A DNA stretch of 64,000 nucleotides, taken from the IMG/VR virus record IMGVR_UViG_2706795719_000001, positions 64,001 through 128,000 of that record. One strand, written 5' to 3'. The DNA comes from a virus (taxonomy: Duplodnaviria; Caudoviricetes). Position 1 is the first letter of the stretch. The number at the start of each line of letters is the position of its first letter. Under the pieces are notes generated by a model. The model ran no database searches. It had not been told where the DNA came from and saw only the letters and a list, made by a program, of their open reading frames with translations. Shown in pieces: positions 51,510-61,583 of the stretch. Position numbers and translations under genes: made by a program.

Positions 51510-53008
51510 AATTTAACCTCTCTCATTGAATAGTCAAATTTTTCACTTGCATATCTTTCTATACGTTCTAAAGCGTGCTTTAAAGCATAGTTCAAATGAA
51601 CATATTTCTTTTTAGTATTTTTAGACTTGGGTTTTACACCCATATCATCAACAATATCCCAAAGTACACCTTCTGCTTTAGAACCATGTAATCTAAGGAC
51701 CCTACCAATAGATTGAAGAACTGTTACTTTGGATTTAATAGGATGTGCAAATATAACATGGTGTAAATTCTTAATAGAGACACCAGCACTAAAAACACCA
51801 TAAGAAGCTACTACGACCATCCCTGAGCGTTTTTCTGCCATAGCCTTTATAATATCTCTATCTTTATCTTTAACCTCTCCTGCGATAAAGAAGACATTCT
51901 CTTCACCATGGATAGATTTACAATATTCGTAAAGATCTTTGCCGTGTGCGATTCTATCAAACATTACAAAAACATTTTCATCTTTGGACCCAAGTTTACA
52001 AGCTAACTTAGCAATCCATTCATTACGTTGTTTTGCTTTGATAATTATTTTTATTTCATCTTGATATGCAAAACCTTTAACCTTTTCCGTAAAAGCATCA
52101 GGATATCTTAAAAATAAAGTATTGATTTTAAGCTTAGAGACTTGTCCGGCTTCCATTAATTCTGCTGTAGATACTGGACGATAGATGTTTCCAAATAATC
52201 CAATATATTGCATAATATTAGCTTTACCGTCTTTTACTGTACCAGTTAATCCAAATTTGAATTTACAATTACTTAAGCCATTGATAATAGTACTAATGCT
52301 CTTTCCCGTAGCTAGATGGCACTCATCATTCATTAACATTCCGAACTGTTCAAACCATTCTTTAGGTTGTTTTATGGCCGTTTGCCATGTTGATACATAA
52401 ACCAATGCATCAGAATCTTTAGCAGTACCACCTTTAATTCCTAGAAGCATTTCTCTAGAAAATAATCTATAGTCAACTAAATCATCAATCATTTGTTTAA
52501 CAAGGATAGTAGTAGGAACTAAAATTAAAACCTTACCTTGGAAATTCTCAATATAATATCTAGCCAGGAGTGCCTGGATCAACGATTTACCAGCTGATGT
52601 AGGTAAATTCAACAATGCCCTGTTTTGTGACAGGCCTTTAACTACAGAGTCTTTTTGATACCAATGAGGCGTTATCTTAGTAGAACCAGAATAAACATCT
52701 TTAGAGTCCACCCAATCAGAAATTTCTTTTTCTGTAATTCCACCATTGTCTGTTATTTTAGGGTCTATTTCTACTTTATAATCCATATTATCAGCAAATT
52801 TTTTAACATAGTCCACTAATCCATACGGAAGCAGTCCATCATATCCTAAAATACGGATTTTACCGTCCCACTGCCCATATTTGAATTTAGGATTAAACTG
52901 GTAACCTGGAGTCTCAAAAGAAAAATAATCTCTAAGTTCAAAGAAAATAGAATCTTCACATTCGATTTTTACACTACTATAATCGTAAAACTTTAATTTA
53001 ATATCCAT
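51506..53008 (-). CDS. uvsW: UvsW helicase
   Basis: LPTSAGKS, NDECH, QSIGRVLR. Confidence 0.97.
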   Translation of the reverse strand: MDIKLKFYDYSSVKIECEDSIFFELRDYFSFETPGYQFNPKFKYGQWDGKIRILGYDGLLPYGLVDYVKKFADNMDYKVEIDPKITDNGGITEKEISDWVDSKDVYSGSTKITPHWYQKDSVVKGLSQNRALLNLPTSAGKSLIQALLARYYIENFQGKVLILVPTTILVKQMIDDLVDYRLFSREMLLGIKGGTAKDSDALVYVSTWQTAIKQPKEWFEQFGMLMNDECHLATGKSISTIINGLSNCKFKFGLTGTVKDGKANIMQYIGLFGNIYRPVSTAELMEAGQVSKLKINTLFLRYPDAFTEKVKGFAYQDEIKIIIKAKQRNEWIAKLACKLGSKDENVFVMFDRIAHGKDLYEYCKSIHGEENVFFIAGEVKDKDRDIIKAMAEKRSGMVVVASYGVFSAGVSIKNLHHVIFAHPIKSKVTVLQSIGRVLRLHGSKAEGVLWDIVDDMGVKPKSKNTKKKYVHLNYALKHALERIERYASEKFDYSMREVKL

Positions 53009-53022
53009 TACTTTCACCTTAT

Positions 53023-53044
53023 TATAAATACATATATATTTATA
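53023..53044. promoter_or_regulatory. opposed late promoters (inh / uvsW)
   Basis: TATAAATA on + (53023-53030) and on - (53037-53044). Confidence 0.75.
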
Positions 53045-53064
53045 CAAAGCCTAAAGAGGACATT

Positions 53065-53775
53065 ATGAAAATTGACCAACAATATATTGATTCTTTAACT
53101 GAAGAATATACTTCAGGCGAAATTGATAGAAAAACAGCTAAACAAAAATTATCTGAATATGCAAAAGAATCATTTAATTTTGATTTAAACAAACAAAAAA
53201 GTTTTGAAAATATGATCGTCCAACTTAAAGAACTGATTGACAATTATGAAGAACCTGAATTAGAAGATCAAGACGGTATTTCTATTAAAGATCTAATTAC
53301 CGCAGCTGACCAATTAGATGGTAAAAGTGTTTTTAATGATGCTAATGAAGAAGCTATTGATCTTATAGAATCTATTTCGACACCAGAAGATCATAAACAA
53401 TCTAAAGAAAAAACTATTGGTCTAGAAAAACCCGTGGTTGAACCAATGAATGTTGAAACATCAATCTCTGAAGTGCAGGAATCACCTGTAGAACATCCTA
53501 CAACACAAGAACAGATAACTATAAAAGAAAATTATATCCTTCCAGAAGAGTTCTCTCCAACTATTACCTTAATAGGCAAAGCTCCTGGATATTACACTCT
53601 CCCATGGTGGATTTATAAATGGATTTTAGAAAACGAAGATTGGAAATCTCGCCCTGAAGAATGTCCTGAATTCTCTGCAATTAATATTTTAAAATCGTTA
53701 ATTTATTTTATTAACCGAGATGGACAAGTTAAAATACGAGAAACTAGAAATTCTAGATTTTATACACTAAAATAA
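53065..53775 (+). CDS. inh: inhibitor of prohead protease
   Basis: KSFENM, GYYTLPWWIYKWI, IRETRNSRF. Confidence 0.93.
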   Translation: MKIDQQYIDSLTEEYTSGEIDRKTAKQKLSEYAKESFNFDLNKQKSFENMIVQLKELIDNYEEPELEDQDGISIKDLITAADQLDGKSVFNDANEEAIDLIESISTPEDHKQSKEKTIGLEKPVVEPMNVETSISEVQESPVEHPTTQEQITIKENYILPEEFSPTITLIGKAPGYYTLPWWIYKWILENEDWKSRPEECPEFSAINILKSLIYFINRDGQVKIRETRNSRFYTLK

Positions 53776-53787
53776 AATGGAAAAAAT

Positions 53788-54867
53788 ATGCCAACACTAA
53801 ATATATCTCCTACAAATCCGTCTATAACATTAGGACAGACTCAAAAGTTTACAGCAGAAATATTAGACCCAATACCAGAATCAGTTACAACATATAAATG
53901 GTTTGTTGATGGTGAACTTGATGATACATCATCTACAGAGACATTTAGTTTAACACCTAATACTATTGGAGAAAAAATTATAAAAGTAGAATCAACAAGT
54001 ACAGGTTCAGAAGAACCAGTAGTTTTGACAGATGAAACAACTCTGACTATTAAAAAGAAAACAATGAATCCTATTGTTAATATTGAAGTTGATAAATCTA
54101 CTACAGAAGTTGGAAATACAGTTAAATTTACTGTTAAAATTGAAGGCGCTCCAGAAGGTTCAACAACAAAATACTTATGGGATTCTGGAGAAACTGAAGA
54201 ATCTATTAATGTTGTTACTACAGAAGTTGGGAATCTTAAAAAAGAGTGTACAGTTACTATATCGCATAGTGATTATGACACTAAAGAAATTAATGCATCT
54301 TCTACTGTAGATGTTACAGCTAAGACCATGGATGACGTTATACTTGATATTGTTATAACACCAGATAAAGTAAAAGTTGGCGAAGATTATGAAGTCGAAG
54401 CTATTGTTACAGGTGGTCCGTCTGACAAATCAATCAAATATAAATGGAATACTGGGCAGGAGTCATCTAAATTTACAATAACAGCAAAAGATATTGGTAT
54501 AATCAAATATGAATGTACTATTACAGTAGATGCCAAAGACTATTTATCATTTAGCACCAAATCGTCCCATTCGGTTAGTATAGAAAAAGCCCCAGAAGAG
54601 CCAGAAATTGCATGCCGATACATTCATCCATTAGACCATAGAAAATCTGCATATTTGTGGGTTGGGTATTGGGTACTAGAAGAAATAGAAAAGGCTGTTG
54701 AAGAAGGAATTGACTGGAAAAAACCAAATAATACAGATTTAAAATATAAATGTGACTTACAAACACTTGCTCTTATGTTAGAGACATATCCTAATATAGA
54801 AGTTCAAGAATCAAGAAATGGATATATTTTATCTAAAGAAGATATTGAAAATGGAGTTATTTACTAA
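53788..54867 (+). CDS. hoc: Hoc with three Ig-like domains
   Basis: Three repeats with YKW/YLW; C-terminal YIHPL.HR.SAY.W.G.W...QESRNG. Confidence 0.93.
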   Translation: MPTLNISPTNPSITLGQTQKFTAEILDPIPESVTTYKWFVDGELDDTSSTETFSLTPNTIGEKIIKVESTSTGSEEPVVLTDETTLTIKKKTMNPIVNIEVDKSTTEVGNTVKFTVKIEGAPEGSTTKYLWDSGETEESINVVTTEVGNLKKECTVTISHSDYDTKEINASSTVDVTAKTMDDVILDIVITPDKVKVGEDYEVEAIVTGGPSDKSIKYKWNTGQESSKFTITAKDIGIIKYECTITVDAKDYLSFSTKSSHSVSIEKAPEEPEIACRYIHPLDHRKSAYLWVGYWVLEEIEKAVEEGIDWKKPNNTDLKYKCDLQTLALMLETYPNIEVQESRNGYILSKEDIENGVIY

Positions 54868-54869
54868 AC

Positions 54870-54897
54870 AAAAAAGGGACCGTATGGTCCCTTTTTA
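54870..54897. terminator. bidirectional terminator
   Basis: AAAAAAGGGACC-GTAT-GGTCCCTTTTT. Confidence 0.85.
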
Positions 54898-54900
54898 TTT

Positions 54901-55167
54901 TTATTTTCTAAAGATCTTACCAAATTTACTAATCACAAAATTCTCACCGACTTTAATATCAATTCTTATTGAAGTATTTCCAATAATATTTGAAGACAAC
55001 ATTTCATCTAAATCTATTGAAGAAATTCTATCAAAATCTTGAACAATATTAAACCCACCATTATCACAGAAGGAATCAATAAATTCTTCTATTTTACATG
55101 AACACTCATCGGATAATATATCTCCATATAAACGACAAGTAGACCCATCAATATTCAAAATAACCAT
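54901..55167 (-). CDS. hypothetical protein, probably alt.-3-like
   Basis: AGGAG RBS, own early promoter (55197-55226), C-terminus ...GKIFRK; synteny. Confidence 0.7.
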   Translation of the reverse strand: MVILNIDGSTCRLYGDILSDECSCKIEEFIDSFCDNGGFNIVQDFDRISSIDLDEMLSSNIIGNTSIRIDIKVGENFVISKFGKIFRK

Positions 55168-55226
55168 AATATTCTCCTATTTGTTTAGACATGTAGATAA
55201 TACCACATGTCTATTCTATTGTAAAC

Positions 55227-55430
55227 TTAAAATTCACCCATTTCTTCAATAAATTCTTCATGATCAAATGGGAACATCTTCCAAAATTCTTCAACCTTTT
55301 CATCAGAAGTAAATTCTACAAATAATCCTTCAGAGTCTGGTAAAATTTGAACTATTTCCATTTGTAATTCTGAAATAGCTTTGAAATGTTCTGAAGTTAA
55401 AGCTCTTATCCAAATATGAAAAGTTGTCAT
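55227..55430 (-). CDS. acidic hypothetical protein
   Basis: AGGAG RBS, early promoter 55463-55491. Confidence 0.75.
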   Translation of the reverse strand: MTTFHIWIRALTSEHFKAISELQMEIVQILPDSEGLFVEFTSDEKVEEFWKMFPFDHEEFIEEMGEF

Positions 55431-55493
55431 TTTTATTTCTCCTAATATGTTGGTATAGTGGTATAATATCATATTAGAAGCAAAAGTAAACAT

Positions 55494-57536
55494 TTAATTG
55501 ATAAATTTTTCAGGTATTTGGTCAAAATCCATTATATCGGCTAAAATAGACATGGCTTCAGACGATTCAAGTGTTTGATTTTCTTTAATAATCTCTTGTT
55601 CTTTAACAAAATTTCTAAAGTTAATTTTTTCAAGAACACCTTCATTTAAGAATTTATCACCATCGAAAACCTCTGTACATTCAACTAAGTCTTCTGCTGG
55701 CATATACACAGTATCGATAAGAAAAGATTTACTCAATTCTCCTGACCCATGAATAGATCTAATTTTTAAAGCTGAACCACGAGGTAATATAACTTCAGAT
55801 TCATGAGAAAATCTAGAAAGATCCCCTGGGACAATAACTTTGACTTTGTGAACACCCGAGATCATAATACCCAGTCTAGCAATATAATCTGAACTACGTT
55901 CTGCATTTGAGTCTACTACTTTATCCCCTAAAGTTTCCCTAGCTTCGGTTTCCCAGTCTTGTGGTTGTCCTATATAAGAAGAAGCAGAATTAGAAAAACC
56001 TTTATTAAAAAATATCGGCGCTAAAGACGTCGAAACAAAGTTTGGGAAATACAATATTTTATTTTTAACACTTTTATCAAGATCTTTGTATTCATGACGC
56101 TGGGCCCTATATAAAATCGTAGATCTATCTAATTTAACTCCTTTAGAAAAGGCTTTGTCTAAATTAGGGATATATGTATTAATTGTCTTTTTAGTGGCTT
56201 CATCATTTCCTAATAAAAAACTATTAATATCTTCATAATTCTGACTTGTATAGTTTGTTATTGCATCTTTTTCTTCTGCTGTATAGTCTATGGATTCTTC
56301 TAGATTTCTATAAGAGCTACCTACTACATCAGTATATGAACTAGAAATAGCTTGTATAATTTTACTGATACTAGATAGTTTTTCAGAGTACTCTATATCA
56401 GAAGGCAAATATTTTAAAGTATACTCAGTAATATCTTTAAATTTGAAAATAATTTCTTTATCAGATTTTAAAATTTCTGAAAGTTTCAACATATATGGTT
56501 TTATTTTTAAATCTAGTTCAGATGGCGATAAATATTTATCTTCATTATGAATAGCTAAGACAACTGCTGTTCGTATATTATCTAATTCTGTGTGGTATTT
56601 TGACTCAACTTGTTCATCATCAGACATAGGCAACATATCGGCTATATTAGAAAATGTTTCTTTAGTTTTTTCATTAACTCGTGTTTGAATTCTGGAAAAG
56701 GGTGCATCTACACTACTATATATAGGTGGATTACCTTGGAACTTAACAAAAGCTTCTTTAGCTTCTTTCGAATAGCCATCTAAATCGTCTGGTTTAGAAA
56801 TACTATACAATGCAGTCATAAGTTCACGTCTAGAAACTTTAGTTTTAGAAATTAAAGAACGTTCATTTCTCTCATTTTCTTGGGCTGCAATACTACCTGC
56901 AATGGCTTCCATTTTAGAAACTTGTTTGCCTGTTTTATAGTTAATATAAACATCACCTACTTTAGATTCTACTTTGGTATACAACGATGAATCTATGTCA
57001 GGAATCCCAGAGATGTCTTCTAATGGTTTATTTTTACGGTATATAAGAACATATGCGTGTTTACCAGTAAATTGATAGAGGTCTTCTAGGACTACAAATT
57101 TACCACCCGTGCGTTGCATAGCCAATCGTTTAATAATACGTTGTAAAGATTTTTCTTGGCCTTTCATTTTCTTAGCTGGGAATCTGAACAATACAGCGTC
57201 TATTTTTAATTTTTTAACTTGTTCATAAACAGTATCAAAAATAGTATTCAAAGCCCCAATAGGGTCTGCGCCTAATCCATCTCTTAACTCAGCAGCATTA
57301 CCGTTTTTAGATAAACTCATTAAAAATACTTGGACAAATTTATCGCCCATTTTAACTTGTTTTACTGCATCCCCTTTAGACAAATAAGAAACCATACGAA
57401 CTAAAAGATTATCATTACCTGGGACTTTTATGTTCCAAAGCTGTGGAACTTTCGCTTTTTGATTAACATTAATAGCTTGATATTGTGCTATTTCTGAATC
57501 AAAAACTTCATTTAAATTAATTTCACTTAATTCCAT
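55494..57536 (-). CDS. alt: Alt ADP-ribosyltransferase
   Basis: N-half like T4 Alt; R-S-E motifs LYRAQ, FVSTS, ESEVILPRG; late promoter at 57567-57574. Confidence 0.93.
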   Translation of the reverse strand: MELSEINLNEVFDSEIAQYQAINVNQKAKVPQLWNIKVPGNDNLLVRMVSYLSKGDAVKQVKMGDKFVQVFLMSLSKNGNAAELRDGLGADPIGALNTIFDTVYEQVKKLKIDAVLFRFPAKKMKGQEKSLQRIIKRLAMQRTGGKFVVLEDLYQFTGKHAYVLIYRKNKPLEDISGIPDIDSSLYTKVESKVGDVYINYKTGKQVSKMEAIAGSIAAQENERNERSLISKTKVSRRELMTALYSISKPDDLDGYSKEAKEAFVKFQGNPPIYSSVDAPFSRIQTRVNEKTKETFSNIADMLPMSDDEQVESKYHTELDNIRTAVVLAIHNEDKYLSPSELDLKIKPYMLKLSEILKSDKEIIFKFKDITEYTLKYLPSDIEYSEKLSSISKIIQAISSSYTDVVGSSYRNLEESIDYTAEEKDAITNYTSQNYEDINSFLLGNDEATKKTINTYIPNLDKAFSKGVKLDRSTILYRAQRHEYKDLDKSVKNKILYFPNFVSTSLAPIFFNKGFSNSASSYIGQPQDWETEARETLGDKVVDSNAERSSDYIARLGIMISGVHKVKVIVPGDLSRFSHESEVILPRGSALKIRSIHGSGELSKSFLIDTVYMPAEDLVECTEVFDGDKFLNEGVLEKINFRNFVKEQEIIKENQTLESSEAMSILADIMDFDQIPEKFIN

Positions 57537-57576
57537 TTTATCACCTTTATAATAAGAATATAGTATTATTTATACC

Positions 57577-57602
57577 AAAAAAGGGCCGAAGCCCTTATTT
57601 TT
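57577..57602 (-). terminator. terminator
   Basis: GGGC-TTCG-GCCC + T6 on the minus strand. Confidence 0.8.
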
Positions 57603-57613
57603 ATGTATTCCTT

Positions 57614-57853
57614 TTATTCAGATATTCTTGCTTCTAAATTTAACGTATCAATTTCAACATCAAATTCTAAAACTTCTGGATTTTCATCAGAAGATATAGC
57701 CGTTTTGTATTTTTCTATCCCATTTTTTGATGATAATAAAGTAGATTTGACTACATTAAGTTCTTCCGAGTATTCAAAATCACCGTAAATATTACCGTCA
57801 GTTTTTGAAGCTTTTTTAAACATTTTTAATAATTCATCGTTTGAGTATTTCAT
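57614..57853 (-). CDS. hypothetical early protein
   Basis: GGAG RBS; terminator-GTTTAC promoter cassette at 57882-57931. Confidence 0.75.
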   Translation of the reverse strand: MKYSNDELLKMFKKASKTDGNIYGDFEYSEELNVVKSTLLSSKNGIEKYKTAISSDENPEVLEFDVEIDTLNLEARISE

Positions 57854-57930
57854 TTTAATCTCCATTTGTTTTGATGAGCCTATAGTATCAAACTTAAAAG
57901 CAAAAGTAAACAAAAAAGGGACAAAAGTCC

Positions 57931-58116
57931 CTAAATAATTTTTTGAAGCTCTAAAGCAATATTTTTTAGTTTTTCTACGTCGGATTTTCTAAAATTAGAA
58001 TTCTTATCAAGATTAAAAGAAACCAAGGCATTGCTCCATATAGTTTCTTCTAACAAATCTAAGTTATCGTTTAAAATATTCTTCTGGCGATTGTCCGAAG
58101 ATTTCATAAAAATCAT
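57931..58116 (-). CDS. small hypothetical protein overlapping the ligase 3' end
   Basis: Fills the gap to the terminator; position of T4 alt.1. Confidence 0.5.
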   Translation of the reverse strand: MIFMKSSDNRQKNILNDNLDLLEETIWSNALVSFNLDKNSNFRKSDVEKLKNIALELQKII

Positions 58117-59530
58117 TAGCCTCTTGTTTATCTAGACGACGCATTTTTACACGGGGTAAAAATAAACTATAAGTTTCTCGTCCTTCTACCTTTTGGGCTG
58201 CATTACATACACCAGAAATAATCATGCCGATAAGTTTGCCCTGTTTATGTAAATCCCATAAAAGACGTCGGTCTAATTCATGACGTTCTTCTAATGGAAT
58301 CCAGACTTTTTTACCTTTAACTTTTTCGTAATCTTTATCTTTAAAACCTGAACCACAATCAACTAAAATAGTTCCATCTCTAGATTTTAAATTAACTCCA
58401 CCAAGTTTTTCTGGGTCTTTAGAATGTGGATAGGCCCCAATAATTTCTAGGTCAAAATCTTTTTCTTCTTTAAATTTGACCTGGTCACAAGTACGCCCAT
58501 CGGCCCAAATACCATTTTTATTTTTTAAAATAATACCTTCTAACTTCATATCTACATATTTCCTGTAAATAATCTGGGCTTCTTCTAAAGTTTTAACTTC
58601 TTCTGAAGGGATTAATTCAAGGCGTTCTGAATTTAATGTAATTTTTTCTAAATCTTTTAAACGGACTTCATAAGGTTTATTGATTTCATTTTTATTTGAA
58701 GATGTTCCTTGTGTAACTTCATAATTGATTAAATCCCATACTTGGAATCGTACACAATCTGCTTCGTCTTTAGTAATTGTTCCTTGGATAGATTTATTAG
58801 CAATACCATTGCCTTCTTCCCGAGATGCAACAATATTTTCTTCTTCCTCTTCATCAAAAAACATATCAAGACCCTGTTTTTTAGATTTAGGGAAATATAC
58901 TAATTCACCATCCACAACGACATTACCAAGACCTTCAGTAATTTTTAATATTTCTTCTTTTAATGAATCTAATCCTTGATATTCGCTTCCAGAACGAGAA
59001 TATAAATTAACTTCACCATCTACAACTTCAGCAAAACATCTAGCCCCATCTGCTTTTAATTGGGCTATAGCCGGGAATTTAATTTTAGATATATTTGCTT
59101 TACTAAATGGCGCGGCTAAAAATTGTGGCTGTTTAGGTAAAAGATTTTCCCATACTTTATTAGGAATACTTCTGCCTACACCGCATTCTAAATCACGTTT
59201 AATAATACGTTTAACTAAAGCTGCATCTTTTGGACATAAACTTTCTAGTACTTCTTTTAACCCGGCAATACCTGCATGTCCTGTTAAAACTCTGGCTCCT
59301 AATACATTTTCTAAAAAATCTAATGCATCTTGTAAAGTTTTAGATTCATCTTTAGGTTCATATTCCGGAATCTTTTTAAGATGGAATTTGACCTTTTGAG
59401 AATACGTTAATCTAAATACATCTTTAACAAGATGATTTTGTTTATATTTTAAAAGAATGGCTTCTTTTTCTTTTAATGAATCTGTAGAAGCCAATTCAGC
59501 AATAATATCGTATACCATACCTTTTTCCAT
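58064..59530 (-). CDS. 30: ATP-dependent DNA ligase
   Basis: QLKADGAR, VDGELV, EGIILKN, SLFLPR. Confidence 0.97.
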   Translation of the reverse strand: MEKGMVYDIIAELASTDSLKEKEAILLKYKQNHLVKDVFRLTYSQKVKFHLKKIPEYEPKDESKTLQDALDFLENVLGARVLTGHAGIAGLKEVLESLCPKDAALVKRIIKRDLECGVGRSIPNKVWENLLPKQPQFLAAPFSKANISKIKFPAIAQLKADGARCFAEVVDGEVNLYSRSGSEYQGLDSLKEEILKITEGLGNVVVDGELVYFPKSKKQGLDMFFDEEEEENIVASREEGNGIANKSIQGTITKDEADCVRFQVWDLINYEVTQGTSSNKNEINKPYEVRLKDLEKITLNSERLELIPSEEVKTLEEAQIIYRKYVDMKLEGIILKNKNGIWADGRTCDQVKFKEEKDFDLEIIGAYPHSKDPEKLGGVNLKSRDGTILVDCGSGFKDKDYEKVKGKKVWIPLEERHELDRRLLWDLHKQGKLIGMIISGVCNAAQKVEGRETYSLFLPRVKMRRLDKQEANDFYEIFGQSPEEYFKR

Positions 59531-59539
59531 TTATAGTCC

Positions 59540-60175
59540 TTATTTTATACTATTTAATGATTCTTCTAAGTCAGGTAAAATTGTTTCAAAGTCATACCAA
59601 TCTTTAACATTGATAATAGGGCAATCTGGTAAATCACGCTTACCACGAGGCATATGGATAAGAGGTAATCTAGAAATAACTTTATGACAGTCTTCTAAAT
59701 TATGAGCCAAATCATCAACAAAACATAACAGATTTTTAGTATGTTTAACTTTAACATCTAAATAATGAGGCGTTTTGGATTCACCGTAATTAACTAATAA
59801 AATATCGCTAAATGCATTTGGGAATAAAGAATTCAAGTTATATAAACGATTAAATAATGCTTGGTCTGTTGTACCTAATGCCGTAATAGCTACAAATTCA
59901 TATTTCTCTTTAAGACGATTAATTACTTCAATAGCGTCTGTATATCCTGTTAAATATTTTATGTATTTTGAATTATTATATTCTGTCATCAATTTTAAGC
60001 CAAGTTCTTCGTTACATCGAAACATTTGTCCTGGCGACATAAATACATTTTCAGTAATAACTTTAAGGATATTTGTTGTATCGATACCATAATCTTGAGC
60101 AAAATAAGGAAGTCCAGACGCCCACTGGACCAAGATACCATCAACATCAGTTAAAATAACAGGTTTTAAATTCAT
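59540..60175 (-). CDS. 30.2: gp30.2-like HAD hydrolase
   Basis: LTDVDGIL, FVDDLAHN. Confidence 0.88.
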   Translation of the reverse strand: MNLKPVILTDVDGILVQWASGLPYFAQDYGIDTTNILKVITENVFMSPGQMFRCNEELGLKLMTEYNNSKYIKYLTGYTDAIEVINRLKEKYEFVAITALGTTDQALFNRLYNLNSLFPNAFSDILLVNYGESKTPHYLDVKVKHTKNLLCFVDDLAHNLEDCHKVISRLPLIHMPRGKRDLPDCPIINVKDWYDFETILPDLEESLNSIK

Positions 60176-60627
60176 TTCACATCCTCATAATAAACACTGA
60201 CAGAAGCATTTGCAGTATACTCAAAGATTTTAACAATTCTTTGATTATTATCGCTTAAGAATTTTTTAATTTTTGTATCAAGTTCTTTTTTAATCAATGG
60301 ACCCACAATTGTTTTAGCTTCTCCTTCGATAAATACCGCAATTAATTCTTTATTTTCTACTTTTTCATTATATGATGATATATTTTCTATTTCTTCAAAA
60401 AATTCATATTCATCACTTGTCAAAATAATAGATAAATCCTTTTCTATGTCTTCACCATTATAAATTTTATTATTAAAGAATATACTAGTTACAGACCCGT
60501 CACCTTCTATAGAATCTATTTTAAACGGGTTTGTACCAATAAATTCGGCAATAGCTGCATTATACATAGATTCCCTTGAAAACATTTCAGGTTTATCTAA
60601 CTTGTACCATTTATTTAGCTCAAACAT
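60172..60627 (-). CDS. hypothetical protein, Frd.2/MotB.2-like family
   Basis: MFELNKWYK...DEYEFFEE. Confidence 0.75.
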   Translation of the reverse strand: MFELNKWYKLDKPEMFSRESMYNAAIAEFIGTNPFKIDSIEGDGSVTSIFFNNKIYNGEDIEKDLSIILTSDEYEFFEEIENISSYNEKVENKELIAVFIEGEAKTIVGPLIKKELDTKIKKFLSDNNQRIVKIFEYTANASVSVYYEDVK

Positions 60628-60636
60628 AATATTTCC

Positions 60637-61083
60637 TTAGTTATAAACTACGCCCATAGAAGCCACTTTAGAAAGAACATAAATTTCTACTTTTCCTTTA
60701 GGGTTGTTAGATAAAAAATCCTCAACACACTCATCTACTTTATGTTTAGCAGTTATAAGTGGGAATGACTTAACTCCATCTAAAATTTGGACCAGTACTA
60801 CACAATCGTCTTCATCTTTATCATCAGAAGTTTTTTTAACTTCTTCAAAAAACCAGGCTTCGTTTTTTGAAAAAACGATATCTAACCCAGAAGAAATGTC
60901 AGATGCAATTAATTCGCGGCCATTGACTAAAATTTTACTTACATTTTTTGTATCAGGTAAAAATTCTAACACCTTAAACACATGTCCTTCAATGATATTA
61001 TATATTTTCTCGTTATACATTGATTCATCAAAAAACTCACTTCTAGAACCGACAAATTTATACCATTTATTTAACTCAAACAT
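60637..61083 (-). CDS. hypothetical protein, paralogue of 60172..60627
   Basis: Identical MFELNKWYK start, ESMYN, FFEE. Confidence 0.75.
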   Translation of the reverse strand: MFELNKWYKFVGSRSEFFDESMYNEKIYNIIEGHVFKVLEFLPDTKNVSKILVNGRELIASDISSGLDIVFSKNEAWFFEEVKKTSDDKDEDDCVVLVQILDGVKSFPLITAKHKVDECVEDFLSNNPKGKVEIYVLSKVASMGVVYN

Positions 61084-61127
61084 ATTATTTTCCTATTGTC
61101 AGTTTAACTTTATAATCTTCAGTTATT

Positions 61128-61583
61128 TTAATTAACTACTCTTTTTCTCAATGCTATTAGTATACCACAAAATTCTTTATTTGTTAATATAGTTTCAAAT
61201 ATATTTTCACTACCTATACTATGTACTAATTTCTTATTACCAGTGTAAGCCAGGGCATCCCTAAAAGTCTTATTTTGATTAAACATATGAATATATGCCT
61301 TAATCAATAAACGTTTGTAGGCTTCGCTGTGTCTATTAATGGGTGTTCCTTTATACCACATTGTGTTGTTTTTAATTTTTGGACCTGCTAGTTTAGCTTC
61401 TAATCCATGTAGTTTAAAAACACGTTTCTGTTCTATAGGGTCTTGAATTTTTAGACCTTGTAAAAATCCTTCTATGCTGGCAAATTCTTGGTTATCCATT
61501 ATAAAAGGATGGTATGTAAAATTGCTTAATTCATTAGAGGGCCAGGACCCTCTAGAATGAATATCAACAACCTGAGAACTCAT
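61128..61583 (-). CDS. 30.3: gp30.3-like NADAR-domain protein
   Basis: WPSNELSNF..HPF.MD..EFASIEGFLQGLK...QNKTFRDAL..TG...L.HSIG. Confidence 0.88.
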   Translation of the reverse strand: MSSQVVDIHSRGSWPSNELSNFTYHPFIMDNQEFASIEGFLQGLKIQDPIEQKRVFKLHGLEAKLAGPKIKNNTMWYKGTPINRHSEAYKRLLIKAYIHMFNQNKTFRDALAYTGNKKLVHSIGSENIFETILTNKEFCGILIALRKRVVN

